From an uncultured archaeon (GTDB lineage: Archaea > Thermoproteota > Bathyarchaeia > Bathyarchaeales > Bathycorpusculaceae): a stretch of 64,000 nucleotides of DNA. A program made the position numbers and the translations under genes. Within the stretch, counting starts at the first letter, position 1. The number at the start of each line of letters is the position of its first letter. The stretch covers positions 1-64,000 of the forward strand of contig CAWALK010000001.1 in NCBI GenBank assembly GCA_963782915.1, given 5' to 3'. Positions 42,568 to 54,230 of this stretch are shown one piece after another. A model generated the notes under the pieces. It had not been told where the DNA came from, made no database searches, and was given only the letters and a program-made list of their open reading frames with translations.

Positions 42568-44185
42568 TTATTTCATTATTGCTTTGAGGTCTTCATCAGC
42601 CGTTGTGATGGGCATGATGTTGAATTTCTCAACCAAGCACGTTGAGGATGCCCGGTGTTATGAAGGCTGGTAGGCTTGGTCCGATGCGTATGTCTTTGAT
42701 TCCTAAGTACAGCAGCGAGAGCAGGATGGCTACGGCTTTTTGTTCATACCATGACAGCACTATCGATAGTGGCAGGTCGTTGACTCCTACGTGGAATGCG
42801 TCTGCTAAGGCTTGAGCGATTTTAACTGCGGAGTAAGCGTCGTTGCATTGCCCAATGTCCAGCAAACGTGGTATATCGTCGATTGTGCCCAGGTCCTTGT
42901 CGAAGAAGCGGAATTTGCCGCATGCCAAGGTTAAGATTACTGTGTTTTTAGGTGCTTTCTCTACGAGTTCGGGGTAGTAGTTGCGGGAGCCTTTTGCGCC
43001 GTCGCATCCGCCGACAAGTAGGAAACGTTTGATGTGGCCGTCTTTGACTGATTGGATAACTTTGTCTGCTACGCTTAACACTGCGTTGCGTCCGAAGCCA
43101 ACCAATACGGTTTTGCCTTCGACATCATCGGGGAAGCCTGGGAGTTCTTGTGCTTTGTTGATTACTGCACTGAAGTCTCTGCCGCTGATGTGTGGGACGC
43201 CTGGGAAACCGACTGGGCCTGTGGTGAAGATGTTTTTGCTGTAGCTATCCATTGGTCGTTGGATGCAGTTGGTTGTCATGAGGATGGCGCCGGGGAATGC
43301 TGCGAACTCTTTTTGTTGGTTGAACCATGCGGTGCCGTAGTGGCCGTAGAAGTTGGGGTACTTTTTGAGTCCGGGGTAACCGTGGGTTGGGAGCATTTCG
43401 CCGTGGGTGTAGACCGTGATGTTTTTGCCCTGTGTTTGCTTGAGGATTTCCTCTAAATCCATGAGGTCGTGGCCTGAGACCAAGATTGCTTTGCCTTTTT
43501 TGTGTCCCAAGGGCACTTTGGTTGGGGTTGGGTGGCCGTAGGTTTCGGTGTTGCCTGCGTCGAGGAGTTCCATGGCGCGGATGTTGATTTCTCCGCATTT
43601 GAAAACTAACCCGACAAAAGCGTTTGTGTCCAAGTTTTTATCGAGTGGCGCTGTGAGTCCTTCCTCGATGAAGCTAAAGACTTTGGGGTCTTTTTTGCCC
43701 AGTAGGTATGCGTGGTAGCTGTAGGCGGCGACTCCTTTTAGGCCGTAGGTTAGTAGCCACTGGAGTGAATGCAAATCCGCATTCATGGTTGAGTCTGCGT
43801 TTATGCCGACTTTTTTGCCCTGTGCAACCATGCCCTCTGTAGTGGCTTCAAGTTTGAGATAAGTTGTTTTTGTTTGGAGCTTTGTTAGCAGTTGGTTTTG
43901 GAGTTGTTCCGTTTTTTTGAGGTAGCCAACGATTGCTTCGGGATCGAAGTTTACGTTTGTTAAAGTGACGAATAATGCTTCAGCAATGAAGACATCGGTT
44001 TGCTCATCTTTGAGTCCAAGTTTTTGTGCTTGCAGGACGAGTTGGCTGAGTTCCCGTAGCTTATAGACGAGGAGGTCTTGGAGGTTTGCGACTTCGGGGG
44101 TTTTGCCGCATACGCCCATGACTGTGCAGCCTTGTCCTTTGGCTGTTTGTTCACATTGGTAACAGAACATTTGATTTTGACTCAT
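42568..44185 (-). CDS. hcp: hybrid cluster protein (hydroxylamine reductase)
   Basis: MFCYQCEQT..C...GVCGK, SGHDL, THGEMLP, TTNC, GGCDG, LACGKFRF, DIGQCND, SWYEQKA; frameshift near the C-terminus. Confidence 0.95.
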
Positions 44186-44361
44186 AATACTTCACTGCAA
44201 ATACTATGTGGGTTTTTGTGTATAGAGGTTTCCCCGTATAGCTAAGGGGTTTAACAAAGCGCTTGATCGATGTGGCAGACAATTGGTGGTTGTTTGGCAT
44301 AATTATAAATATTCCCTGCCCAGATACCGATAAACCAATTACCTACAAAGGGAGGGATACT

Positions 44362-44631
44362 ATGAAAAAATTGTATCTAGCCACAATCCTCTTGGCAGTT
44401 GCAGCATTCACGATTTTCTGGAGCTTCGGTGTAGCAACAGACCTCTTTGCCTCGAAGGCTTTCTCGTCTTTTTGGTGGCTAAGCCATGAAGGCGCACATT
44501 ATGCACAGTTTACAGCGCTCGCAGTAGGCGGCGGCATAATGCTGGTGGGCATGATTTTTTGGGTTGAGCGAAACGACACAAAACCAATACAGCTCAAATT
44601 CAAAGAATCAAAAGAAAATAAAACCCAGTGA
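44362..44631 (+). CDS. small 2-TM membrane protein
   Basis: ATG 44362 after GGGAGG; MKKLYLATILLAVAAFTIFW.. followed by a second TM. Confidence 0.6.
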   Translation: MKKLYLATILLAVAAFTIFWSFGVATDLFASKAFSSFWWLSHEGAHYAQFTALAVGGGIMLVGMIFWVERNDTKPIQLKFKESKENKTQ

Positions 44632-44652
44632 GAAACCAGGATTTGCCGAGTT

Positions 44653-46364
44653 TTAAGCGGTGTTGCTGCGTTTACTGCGCAGCTTAAAGAACACTAAAGC
44701 GCCGCCAAAGCAAGCCAGCAACGCCACGATGCTGCCCCACGATTCAGGCAACACCTGTAAGCTGGGTCCGTTGCCTGTGGTTCCGGTGCTTGCTGAACTG
44801 GCGAGATAGTTGCTGTCGCCTGCAAAGGTTGCCTTAACGGGGTAAACGCCGTTCGCTAATTCTGCTGGTACTGTCCAACTGTAGGTGTAAGCGCCGCCTG
44901 CAGATGTTGTAGGTGAACCGATAGGGCACCAGGTCATTCCGTTGTAGTATGTTAGGATGATGATTTTTCCTGTGACGCCTGCACCGGTGCTGGTTAGGGT
45001 GCCTGCAGACTGTTATTGGGTTGCCTTTGTCGACTGAGTCAACGCTGCATGATACCGTGAGAGTTGTGGCTGAGGTGGTTGGGGGTTGAGTTAAGCCATA
45101 ATTGACTGTAAGTATTACATCGGTGTTTGGTACTGTGAAGGTTCCAGATGCGGTTGATAAGCCATTACCGTTAGTCCAGCTTGAGAAGTAATGCGTAACA
45201 CCATCATAGCCTGTTAGTGTAGGGGTAGCTGCGATTGTGAGAGTGGAACCGATGGGCATTTGATAACTTCGACTGGTTAATTCCCAACTATTGAATTGGT
45301 ATTCAACCCCGTCTATAGTAAGAACAGTAATCGTGTTGAGGCTGCTTAAGCCAGAGTATCTGAATTGAACTTGAACTGTGGATTGTATATAGTTCGCTGT
45401 GACTGCAACATTTGAAGCAGGCATTGTGAATGTTCCTGTGGCGGTGATTAAGCCGTTGCCGTTGGTCCAGCTTGAGAAGATATATCCCTTGGCTGGTGTG
45501 CTGTAGTCGTATATTGGGCTTAGTGCTTCTATTGTGTGGGTTGATCCTGCTTCCCAGAGATATAGTTTTGGAGCTCAGGTTGGGGTAAGCGATGGTTTCG
45601 CCGTCGATCTTTATGATGTTGCTGCCTGAACTAGAAAAGCCAGATGCTGCAAATGTAGCTGTGTACTTTGGTGTCGATGATACTAGGGCATAGTTTACAG
45701 TTAACATTACATCGGAATTTGGTACCGTAAATGTTCCTGAGGCGGCGGTTAAGCCGTTGCCGTTGGTCCAGCTTGAGAATTGATGTTTAACATTATCATA
45801 GCCAGTGAGTGGCGAGGCAGCTGTGATTGTGTGGGTTGAGCCAATGGGCATTTGAAAATTTCGACTGGTTAATTCCCAACTATTGAATTGGTATTCAACG
45901 CCGTCTACGGTGAGAACAGTGATCGAGTTGAGGTTGCTTAAGCCAGAGTATCTAAACTGAACTTGAACCGTTGACTGCACATAGTTGGCAGTGACTGTTA
46001 CGTCTGCAGCTTGGTACGGTGAAATGTTCCTGAAGCGGTCGTTAATCCATTACCTTCACCGTTGGTCCAGCTATGAGAATGCAGTATCCCTTTGGAGGGG
46101 TATCATAACTGGATACTGAGCTCTCAGCTACAACTGTATGTGTGTTCTCCTGCCTTCCAATTGCTGAAAATTTTTGGGCAAGTTAGGAGCGGAATATGCC
46201 TGACCGTCTATGGTTAAAACGATGCCGCTACAGTTACTATAGCCGTTTGCTGCGAAAGTGACCTTTGTTGTAGTGGCTTGTGCCTGAGGAATTGCTGTTG
46301 CGAAGAATGCCATTGCCAGTAAGGAAACAATGGCGAATATTGCAAGTTTGGTTTTAGTTGACAT
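44653..46364 (-). CDS. repeat-containing surface protein with PEF-CTERM-like tail (several frameshifts)
   Basis: Signal MSTKTKLAIFAIVSLLAM..AQA; four units ending FSSWTNG.GL..SGTFT.P..V..T.NY; Ig-like C-terminal part; LPESWG + TM + KLRSKR. Confidence 0.8.
45110..46030. repeat. intragenic tandem duplication, period about 592 bp
   Basis: e.g. TTCGACTGGTTAATTCCCAACTATTGAATTGGTATTCAAC is identical at ~45268 and ~45860. Confidence 0.85.
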
Positions 46365-46771
46365 CTGGTTTACCCCTATTTACTTCTGATTTATGAAGAA
46401 GTCATACAACCGATTATTAAAGGCGAAATTCTAAAACCCCCAATATATCGAAATTCGGAATATCGTCTCATCAAATGGACAGCCTCTTCTCTTCTTGAAT
46501 AGTTTGACTGAAAAAACATAACCTGTTTTCCCGCCTGACTACTAAATTGGTTAAAGAGCAATCGCTTGTGACTTGCTCTTATTAACATTTCTATGTAAAC
46601 CGTGCGTTCCAAATATATTGTACAAGGAAAATACAACTCTGCATTAACTGCTATAGTGAAATGAAGTTAATGCCACCATTAAATAGAAATTAAGGTTAAG
46701 ACAGATACAAGTTGAAATTACCATAATCGGATAAAAAATACAACTGTTGCCACTAGGAGACAATGTAACTA

Positions 46772-47392
46772 ATGTTTTGCTTGCTACCACTCGGATTATA
46801 CACCCCAAACCTCAAAAAGCCACAATACAAAAACAATACCCAATCGCGTCGCATGTATAGGCGACAGCATAACCGAATTGACAAACTACACAACTATGCC
46901 TCTCAGAACTCCTTGGCCAAAACTATCTTGTCGGCAACTTTGGCATCTGTGGCGCAATGGTTTCGCTTGATTCCGACTGCGCCTATATGCACAGTGAAGC
47001 CTTCGTTGAAGCAGCAAACTTCAAACCAGATATTGCAGTGGTCATGCTTGGAACAAACGACGCCAGTCTCAGCCTTAAAGGAATCGCATACCCATTTTGT
47101 TGAGGATTATCTGGTGCTCATAGAAAAACTTCGAGCACTCGAGAGTAAGCCGCGGGTTTGGATTGTTAAGCCGCCGCCCATCTTCAATGAAACCCTCGGT
47201 TACAGCATAGAGGGACTTGCCAAAGGGGTAATTCCTGCTATCGAGGAGGTTGCAGGGCGAGCCGAGGTGCCGTTTATCGATGTTTACTCGGCTCTGACTG
47301 ATTCACGGTATTTCTTTGATGGTGTGCATCCGAATGATGAAGGTGCAAAAGTAATTGCGCGTATGGTTTGCCAAGCGGTAGTTTTGAAGTAA
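46772..47392 (+). CDS. SGNH/GDSL esterase (frameshifted)
   Basis: RVACIGDSIT in an alternate frame, MLGTND, FFDGVHPNDEG. Confidence 0.85.
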   Translation: MFCLLPLGLYTPNLKKPQYKNNTQSRRMYRRQHNRIDKLHNYASQNSLAKTILSATLASVAQWFRLIPTAPICTVKPSLKQQTSNQILQWSCLEQTTPVSALKESHTHFVEDYLVLIEKLRALESKPRVWIVKPPPIFNETLGYSIEGLAKGVIPAIEEVAGRAEVPFIDVYSALTDSRYFFDGVHPNDEGAKVIARMVCQAVVLK

Positions 47393-47524
47393 ACTGGGCT
47401 AAATCTGTGCCTATTTTGCGCTTTCTCGCTGCGTTTTCTCTCATTTCGTTGATACTTATTGTAACACCGTAAACTAAAATTAAGACAACACCGTATAGTG
47501 GGAAAGATTCATCTAGGGTTGAGT

Positions 47525-48217
47525 ATGCACGCAAAACAGTATATGCGCAAAAGAAATACGGTAGCTGCATTGGGACTCGTGATGGTAATCATTACTTCTG
47601 TCTTCGCATATGTTTGGCGAAATGGAAATAATCCGAGCAAGACAAGATTGTTCGAGTGGCATGCGTGGGCGACAGCATCACTCAGCTAAGTGGATATCCC
47701 CATAAACTTCAACTCATGTTAGGCACTAACTATTCAGTACAGAATTTTGGTGTTGCTGGCGCAACGGTGTCACTTGATTATAAAATAGCCTATATGAAGC
47801 AGCAAGCATTCCAGCAGGCAATGGATTTTCATCCAGATATTGTCCTAATAATGTTAGGCACCAATGATGCAAACTTGGAAGTCAACAATGATACCGATAT
47901 AGCCTATGATTATACTGAACTATTGAGATGCTTTCGACAATGTGGCAAGTAACCCCCAAATTGTAGTTGTCGATTCACCACCAATATATCTCCGACTTAT
48001 TCAGGCTACAATAACACCTATCTAACCACAAATGTTATTCCATCAATCGATAACGTTGCCAATCAAATGAATCATCCCCACAGTCGACATGCATAGTGCT
48101 TTTGAGAATCACTCGGAATACTTTGCGGATGGGATCCACCCTAATAATGAAGGGTTCATCGCTTATAGCCTCGACAATGTATGATGCTGTATGTATTGCA
48201 GTATTATGTACTCCTAA
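47525..48217 (+). CDS. membrane-anchored SGNH/GDSL esterase (frameshifted; end approximate)
   Basis: N-terminal TM, ACVGDSIT, NFGVAGAT, IMLGTND, FADGIHPNNEG. Confidence 0.82.
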
Positions 48218-48300
48218 TTTTCAAATCAGCTATTGTGGTTGAAAGTTGTTTCCTTTACTACCTTTACAAAGTATTATAAACACAAAGATACAATAGCGAC

Positions 48301-49393
48301 ATGGTAGGATTAAGGAAGACCGAGAAATTGCACCCTAAAATCGGGGGACAACTTTCCTCCCGTTGATCTAATCAGAACCGTCGCCATAGTCTTGGTCATT
48401 TTACTCCATGCATCCACTGAATCATACTCAAACGTTGATTTGATGTCTTCTCAGGGAGTGCAGATTTGGTGGGCATCCAACATCTATGACTCCATAGCGC
48501 GGGTGTGTATTCCGTTGTTTGTTATGTTGGCGGGTGCACTTTTGCTCCAACCAAGCAAGGCTGATGAGCCAATACGGGTTTTCTATAAGAAACGCTGGGC
48601 ACGCATTGGGTTGCCCGTTATTTTTTGGGGTATACTGTATTTTGCTTGGAGCTTCTTGGTTGACGGCAAAACATTCAATGTAGACTCAGTAATTCAAGGT
48701 GTGTTGACTGGGCCGTACTACCAATTCTGGTTCGTCTACCTGCTGGTTGGATTGTACATATTAACGCCGATTTTGCGGGTTTTCATGAAGCATGCGAGCA
48801 ACCGAATTCTGAAGTATGCTCTTTTTGTGTGGTTCATCGGCACAGCGGTTATGCCGCTTTTAACGCTGATAGGGTCCTACTACCTGAATGCTAACTTTTT
48901 TGTTTTCACGGGGTGGGTTGGCTACTTTGTTTTAGGCGCTTACCTGCTAAAGGTTAGGGTAGCCCGAAAGGTTCTCCTCGCAGGTTTGGTTGGGGGTTTG
49001 CTGTGGACAATAATCGGGACTTACCTGACGATAGGTTCGCTGGGGGAAAGTTTTAGTCAATTCTTCTACGACGGCTTTAGCATCAACATGATTGTTGCTT
49101 CAGCCGCGCTTTTCTTGCTGTTACTGGCGGTTCCAACCCAAAACCTCCAAACCACACATCCACGAACAAACCGTATAATAAAACTAATAAGCGCCAACAC
49201 TTTGCCGATTTTCCTCTTCCACGTCATAGTGCTCGAAACCTTGCAGAATGGCTACTTGGGATTTACCCTAAGCGTCACATCCATGAATCCCCTAATAGCC
49301 ATCCCACTAATTACAGGTCTCACTTTGCTGATTTGCCTCGCAGTAATAGTGCCGCTAAAGAAGATACCCTACGTGAAAAAAATAATCGGTTAA
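48301..49393 (+). CDS. acyltransferase-3 (AT3) family membrane O-acyltransferase
   Basis: VDLIRTVAIVLVILLH, RVCIPLFVMLAGALLL, FYKKRWARI, FWFVYLLVGLY; about 10 TM. Confidence 0.9.
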
Positions 49394-49462
49394 CCACCAT
49401 TCGAAGCCTCCCGAAAACAAGTCTTATGTACTTCCTTACCCCATACAAAGAAGCGATGCAGC

Positions 49463-49843
49463 ATGTCAACTGACACAGAAGCCAAGATTAAACAAGACCT
49501 CCTAGCAGAAATCCAAGTCCTAGAACAAAACTACAAGGTCCTTGCAGGATTCATTTTAGGGACAGACTATGACCCCATAACCATTGGCAATAGTATTCAA
49601 ACTTTCAAAGACAGCCTTAGCCGCGCCAGCGCCTATGTACTTGCACTCTATAACCTTAAGGGCAGACGCGTAAACATTCCATGGGACCCACTCTTTACAA
49701 GCCTTGATTATGCGTTGGCTACCCTTTCTGTTTCAGCAAAGGTTAAACAGAGAGAGGCAGTCCGAACGATTTTGGCTATGTCACGTGAGCAGATGGCTCA
49801 GGTTATCTCATATTTTGTGACGCTAAAAGAATCCCTCAAATAA
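49463..49843 (+). CDS. hypothetical protein
   Basis: 126-aa intact ORF, helical composition, fits between its neighbours. Confidence 0.7.
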   Translation: MSTDTEAKIKQDLLAEIQVLEQNYKVLAGFILGTDYDPITIGNSIQTFKDSLSRASAYVLALYNLKGRRVNIPWDPLFTSLDYALATLSVSAKVKQREAVRTILAMSREQMAQVISYFVTLKESLK

Positions 49844-49893
49844 CCATTTTTTTGGTTACGATAAGGCTTATTTAGTTTGAGTCTTGTCTTTTT

Positions 49894-50367
49894 TTGGTAG
49901 TTATGCCTTCTATTTTTGTCGCTCAAATCGACTTGGCTATACAAGCTACAATTTTTGTTTTATTAATTGCTAGTTTAGCGGCTATGCGTATGCGTAAAAT
50001 TAAGGCGCATGCATGGGTCATGCTAACGGCGGTAGTCCTCAACCTTGTTTCTTTTGCGGCGATTATGGGTCCAGCCTTGGACAATGTAGGCGAAGGCGGG
50101 GCGGGAGCTCTATCGAGTTTAGCCTTGTTGCATGTGGGGTTTGGCGGTTTAACCATGCTTTCAAGCTTCTGGGTACTGGGCACATGGCTAATACCCTCTG
50201 TTCTAATGCAAAACGCTAAACTACGATGCTACGGCAAATTCAACAAGCGACTCATGGCGGCGGTGACGCTGCTGTGGATAGCTGCTTTGATTGCAGGGTT
50301 CATACTTTTCTTTATGGTAAACACAACTGTTCTGGGCTCTTTTCCAATAATAGGCGGAGGAGACTAA
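49894..50367 (+). CDS. 4-TM membrane protein (DUF420/cytochrome b-like His pattern)
   Basis: KAHAWVMLTAVVLN and LLHVGFG His-bearing helices. Confidence 0.65.
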   Translation: MVVMPSIFVAQIDLAIQATIFVLLIASLAAMRMRKIKAHAWVMLTAVVLNLVSFAAIMGPALDNVGEGGAGALSSLALLHVGFGGLTMLSSFWVLGTWLIPSVLMQNAKLRCYGKFNKRLMAAVTLLWIAALIAGFILFFMVNTTVLGSFPIIGGGD

Positions 50368-50368
50368 G

Positions 50369-51133
50369 ATGCAAAGAAACATAGCTTACTTCGCGCTGGA
50401 AACATCGCCTCTTTAATTGCGGCATTAATAATCAATGGTTTAGCAGGCACAACCTTGCTTAATGGCAGAACCACCGCAGATGTATCCGCCGCTTACCCCA
50501 CACTCATCACGCCTGCAGGCTACGTTTTTAGCATCTGGGGCATAATCTACATACTCCTTGCTGCCTTCGCCATATACCAAGCCCTGCCCAGCCAAAAAAA
50601 CAAGCCCTACCAAAAACAAATCGGCGCATTATTCATCCTAAGCAACATCCTAAACAGCATCTGGCTGTTTCTTTGGCAATACGACTTCATCACGGTTTCA
50701 GTTGTTGTGATGTTTGCTCTTTTGGCATCGTTGATTGCGATTTATGTTAGGCTTGGCATCGGCAAAACAAAAACGCCGCTAAAGGAGCGATTGCTTGTGC
50801 ATGTGCCTTTCAGCGTGTATTTGGGCTGGATAACTATTGCATCCATCGCGAACGTTGCAAGTGCCTTGGTGTCGGTGGGTTGGGGTGGTTTTGGTTTAAG
50901 CGCTGAAACGTGGGCGATTGCTGTTTTGGCTTTGGCGCTGATTATTGCGTTGGCAATGATTCTTACCCGCAGAGACATCGCATATACGTCTGGTGATTGT
51001 TTGGGCGCTTGCAGGCATAGCCATAAACCAAACTGCATATCCAAACATTGTGTTGACTGCTGAAGTAGCCATCGTCGTTATCGTGGTTGCACTTGTTGCC
51101 ACATTGGTTTTCTATCGTGTAAGGCGACGGTGA
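50369..51133 (+). CDS. TspO/MBR-like tryptophan-rich sensory membrane protein (frameshifted)
   Basis: YPTLITPAGYVFSIWGIIY, NSIWLFLW, PFSVYLGWITIASIAN. Confidence 0.82.
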
Positions 51134-51670
51134 TATCTAATAAACAATCGAATACTCGCATACGAATTAGTCGGCATAGTATTCATTATCTTCTTAGGCA
51201 GCTTCCTCCATTTTACCTTCGAATTATCAGGCGGCAACCCCGTCGTCAGTGTTTTCTCTGCAGTGAACGAGAGCATCTGGGAGCACCTAAAACTTGCGTT
51301 TTGGCCAGCAACCCTGTTTGCCCTAATCGAACTTTTACCGCTAAAACGGGTGGCAAACAATTTCTGGTTATCTAAAACCGTAAGCATCTACTTTATGGTG
51401 ACACTTATCCCCCTCATCTTTTACGCTTACACTGCTTTTACTGGACAGAGCATATTCGCCGTGGACATTGCATCATTCGTGGTGGCAGTGATTATTGGGC
51501 AACTGATAAGCTACAAGCTCTTAACGCATCGCAAGTTTGCGTCTAGGCTGAATTGGGCGGCACTGGTTCTATTGATTGTTTTAGCGGTTATCTTCATAGT
51601 TTTCACTTTCACGCCGCCCCACATACAAATATTCCAAGACCCAATCACTGGTAGATACGGAATCGCCTGA
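51130..51670 (+). CDS. DUF6512-like membrane protein (frameshifted)
   Basis: GSFLHFTFELSG, VNESIWEHLKL, FTFTPPHIQIFQDP.TG.YGI. Confidence 0.75.
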
Positions 51671-51724
51671 GACTTTAATAAAAAGAAACTACAAGTACAC
51701 TAGCAAAGCGAACAGTGACCTGCC

Positions 51725-52099
51725 ATGGCATATTTGCGTGAAGAAAATCAGAAAATCGAAATCGATTATCCAATAGAGAAGGTTTGGGATGCAGTTCCTG
51801 AAGTAGTAAAGACAATAGAGTGGACTGTGGAAGAAAAAAACGATGAAACTCATAAAGCAAAGCTTCGCACTAAGAAGGGTTTCTTATCATACAGTACCGT
51901 CATGAATGTTGAGGCTGTTTCGGTGGGTGAAGAAAAAACTCGTGTATCCATAAGCGCAGAGACTCCCGTGACGACTATTACTTCTATGGCTGATTTTGGC
52001 AGAACACGCGACCGCATTGAACTCTTTATCGAAGGTTTAGCGGTGCAGATCGATAAGACTTTGCAGATGGAGAAGGAAGAGAAGAAGAAAAAGAAGTAA
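51725..52099 (+). CDS. hypothetical protein
   Basis: Intact 124-aa ORF with poly-Lys tail. Confidence 0.75.
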   Translation: MAYLREENQKIEIDYPIEKVWDAVPEVVKTIEWTVEEKNDETHKAKLRTKKGFLSYSTVMNVEAVSVGEEKTRVSISAETPVTTITSMADFGRTRDRIELFIEGLAVQIDKTLQMEKEEKKKKK

Positions 52100-52100
52100 T

Positions 52101-53054
52101 TTACTCCATTATTTGCCAGCGTTTAAACGCAATCAATGCGACGAGCAGCAGAACCTCAGTGTAGAGCACTGCAAAGGCAACTGAACGAGCCGTTATAAGC
52201 GTGATGGATTCACTGTAGAGGTACCTTGGCGTCGCTGTTGAGTTCGGGTTGATTAGGGCTTGGAGGTCGGTGTAGTAGAAGCTCACGTTTGCGTCGGGGT
52301 ACTGCACCATTTTTATGAGGTTGACTCCTATGCTGTCGGTGCCTGTAGCGGTAGATGCAAACGTGTTGACGGTGACAGCTGAAATCGTGATGTTTTGACC
52401 CGCTGAGATTTCCATGGTTCCGCTGGCTCCGCTTCCCGGAATATAGTTCAGCGGTGCAGGGTTGTCAGATAACTGAGCCGCTATAGCGCCACCCATGAAC
52501 AACGCAATGAATAATCCAAAAGCAGTTAGAATCGCTAGTAACGAATTTTTTGAGATGGAACCAGCCGCCAAAACCACGCCCACCCAAATAAAAGTGCTCA
52601 ATATATCGCCGAATAATGCGAGTGGAACCAAGTGGAGGTTGTTTTGGGGTCCATAGACGATTAAGCCGCCTATCATGGTGTAAGTGTAGAGTAAGCTGTA
52701 GGTTACTAGTAGGACGATGAATATGGCGAATAGTTTGCCCAAGAACACCATTGTTCGTGATACGGGTTTGGTGAGTAGGGGGACGATTGTGCCTTTTTCG
52801 TATTCACCTGAGATGCTGTACATGCCTGTGACGATGGCAAATAGTATGAAGGTTAGGCTTCCGGCGCTAAAGGTGGTGGCGAAATATGGGTTCTGTGAGA
52901 CACCAAAAGATGCTGGTAAAGCCAAGGTTATGGTGGCGAAGATAAACGCGAATATGAGGGCTCCTATGAACATTTTTTTGCGGATGTTCCAGAGCATTTC
53001 GTAGCGCACGATTGCCCAGAACCGCTGCATCCAACTCGGTTTTTCTCTAGTCAT
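52101..53054 (-). CDS. ABC-2 type transporter permease
   Basis: ISGEYEKGTIVPLLTKPVSR..VFLGK. Confidence 0.9.
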   Translation of the reverse strand: MTREKPSWMQRFWAIVRYEMLWNIRKKMFIGALIFAFIFATITLALPASFGVSQNPYFATTFSAGSLTFILFAIVTGMYSISGEYEKGTIVPLLTKPVSRTMVFLGKLFAIFIVLLVTYSLLYTYTMIGGLIVYGPQNNLHLVPLALFGDILSTFIWVGVVLAAGSISKNSLLAILTAFGLFIALFMGGAIAAQLSDNPAPLNYIPGSGASGTMEISAGQNITISAVTVNTFASTATGTDSIGVNLIKMVQYPDANVSFYYTDLQALINPNSTATPRYLYSESITLITARSVAFAVLYTEVLLLVALIAFKRWQIME

Positions 53055-53998
53055 TTACTGTTTGCCTCCATTGGTTTGTTGATTAATTGTATAAACACGT
53101 CTTCGAGGCTGTGGCTTTTCTGGTTCATGCCAACTATTACGCCCCCTGCGCCGGTTATGGCCTGCGATATTTGTGCTCTGACATCTTCGCGGGTTGATAG
53201 GGTAATTGTGAGTGAATTGCCGTTTTTTGAGGCATCCTTCACAGGGGTTAGAGCCTTCAGCGCTGCTACGACGGTGTCAGTTAGGTTTACTACTTCCACC
53301 TGTACCGTAGCGGGGCCTGAAATCATCCCCGAAACCTTCTCCAACGTATCCGAAACCAACGCTTGCCCCCTGCTGATGATAGTTACGTGGCTGCAGATTT
53401 GCTCCACCTCAAAAAGCAAATGCGAAGAAACAAACACAGTCATGCCCTCTTTACTGATGGCTTTGACGAGTTCTCGCACTTCAACCATACCCACAGGGTC
53501 TAAGCCTATGCTGGGTTCGTCAAGCACCACCAACTCGGGACTGTTAAGCAGCGCCTGTGCGATGCCTATGCGTTGCTGCATGCCCTTGCTGTATTTACCG
53601 ATTAAGTCGTTTTCCCTGCCTTTCAAACCGACTAGATCGATTAGTCTGGGGATTTGCGAGGCGCGTTCTTGCTGGGTCATGCCGTACATTCGGCCGTAGA
53701 CATCAAGCAATTCGGCGCCTTTGAGGTGCTTTGGGAACTTGGGCAACTCAGGCATGTAACCGATGCGTAGGCGTGCGTCGGCGTCATCAACGTGGACTTC
53801 TTTTCCAAGAACCTTCGCTGAGCCGCCGCTGGCTTTTAGCAGGCCGACTAGGATTTTTATGGTTGTGGATTTTCCTGCTCCGTTGGGTCCTAGAAATCCG
53901 TGGATGGTGTTGCGTTGGACTTTGAGGTTGAGTTTGTTTACTGCAATAAGTGAGCTGTATTGTTTTGTTAGGTCGGTGGTTTCGATGGCATAATCCAT
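53051..53998 (-). CDS. ABC-2 type transporter ATP-binding protein
   Basis: GPNGAGKST, YSKGMQQR, LDEPSIGLDP, SSHLL. Confidence 0.95.
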   Translation of the reverse strand: MDYAIETTDLTKQYSSLIAVNKLNLKVQRNTIHGFLGPNGAGKSTTIKILVGLLKASGGSAKVLGKEVHVDDADARLRIGYMPELPKFPKHLKGAELLDVYGRMYGMTQQERASQIPRLIDLVGLKGRENDLIGKYSKGMQQRIGIAQALLNSPELVVLDEPSIGLDPVGMVEVRELVKAISKEGMTVFVSSHLLFEVEQICSHVTIISRGQALVSDTLEKVSGMISGPATVQVEVVNLTDTVVAALKALTPVKDASKNGNSLTITLSTREDVRAQISQAITGAGGVIVGMNQKSHSLEDVFIQLINKPMEANSK

Positions 53999-54230
53999 TT
54001 GTTTGCGCCTTCTTGGATGCTATCTGTTGGGTTTTGATTATAAGCTTTAATCAGCTATTGAGCAAAGTTGTTGAATTTCCCAAACGGGGTTTCATAAGCA
54101 AGGCTGGTTAGGAGCGGTTGTCTCTTTGATGTACCCTTTTTATTATAAAAATTAATTAATCACAAACTGACTAATCAGTTGTAACTAGCAAGGTACAATT
54201 GGGCGGTATCTTGCCGTTTGGGTGTAGGCT

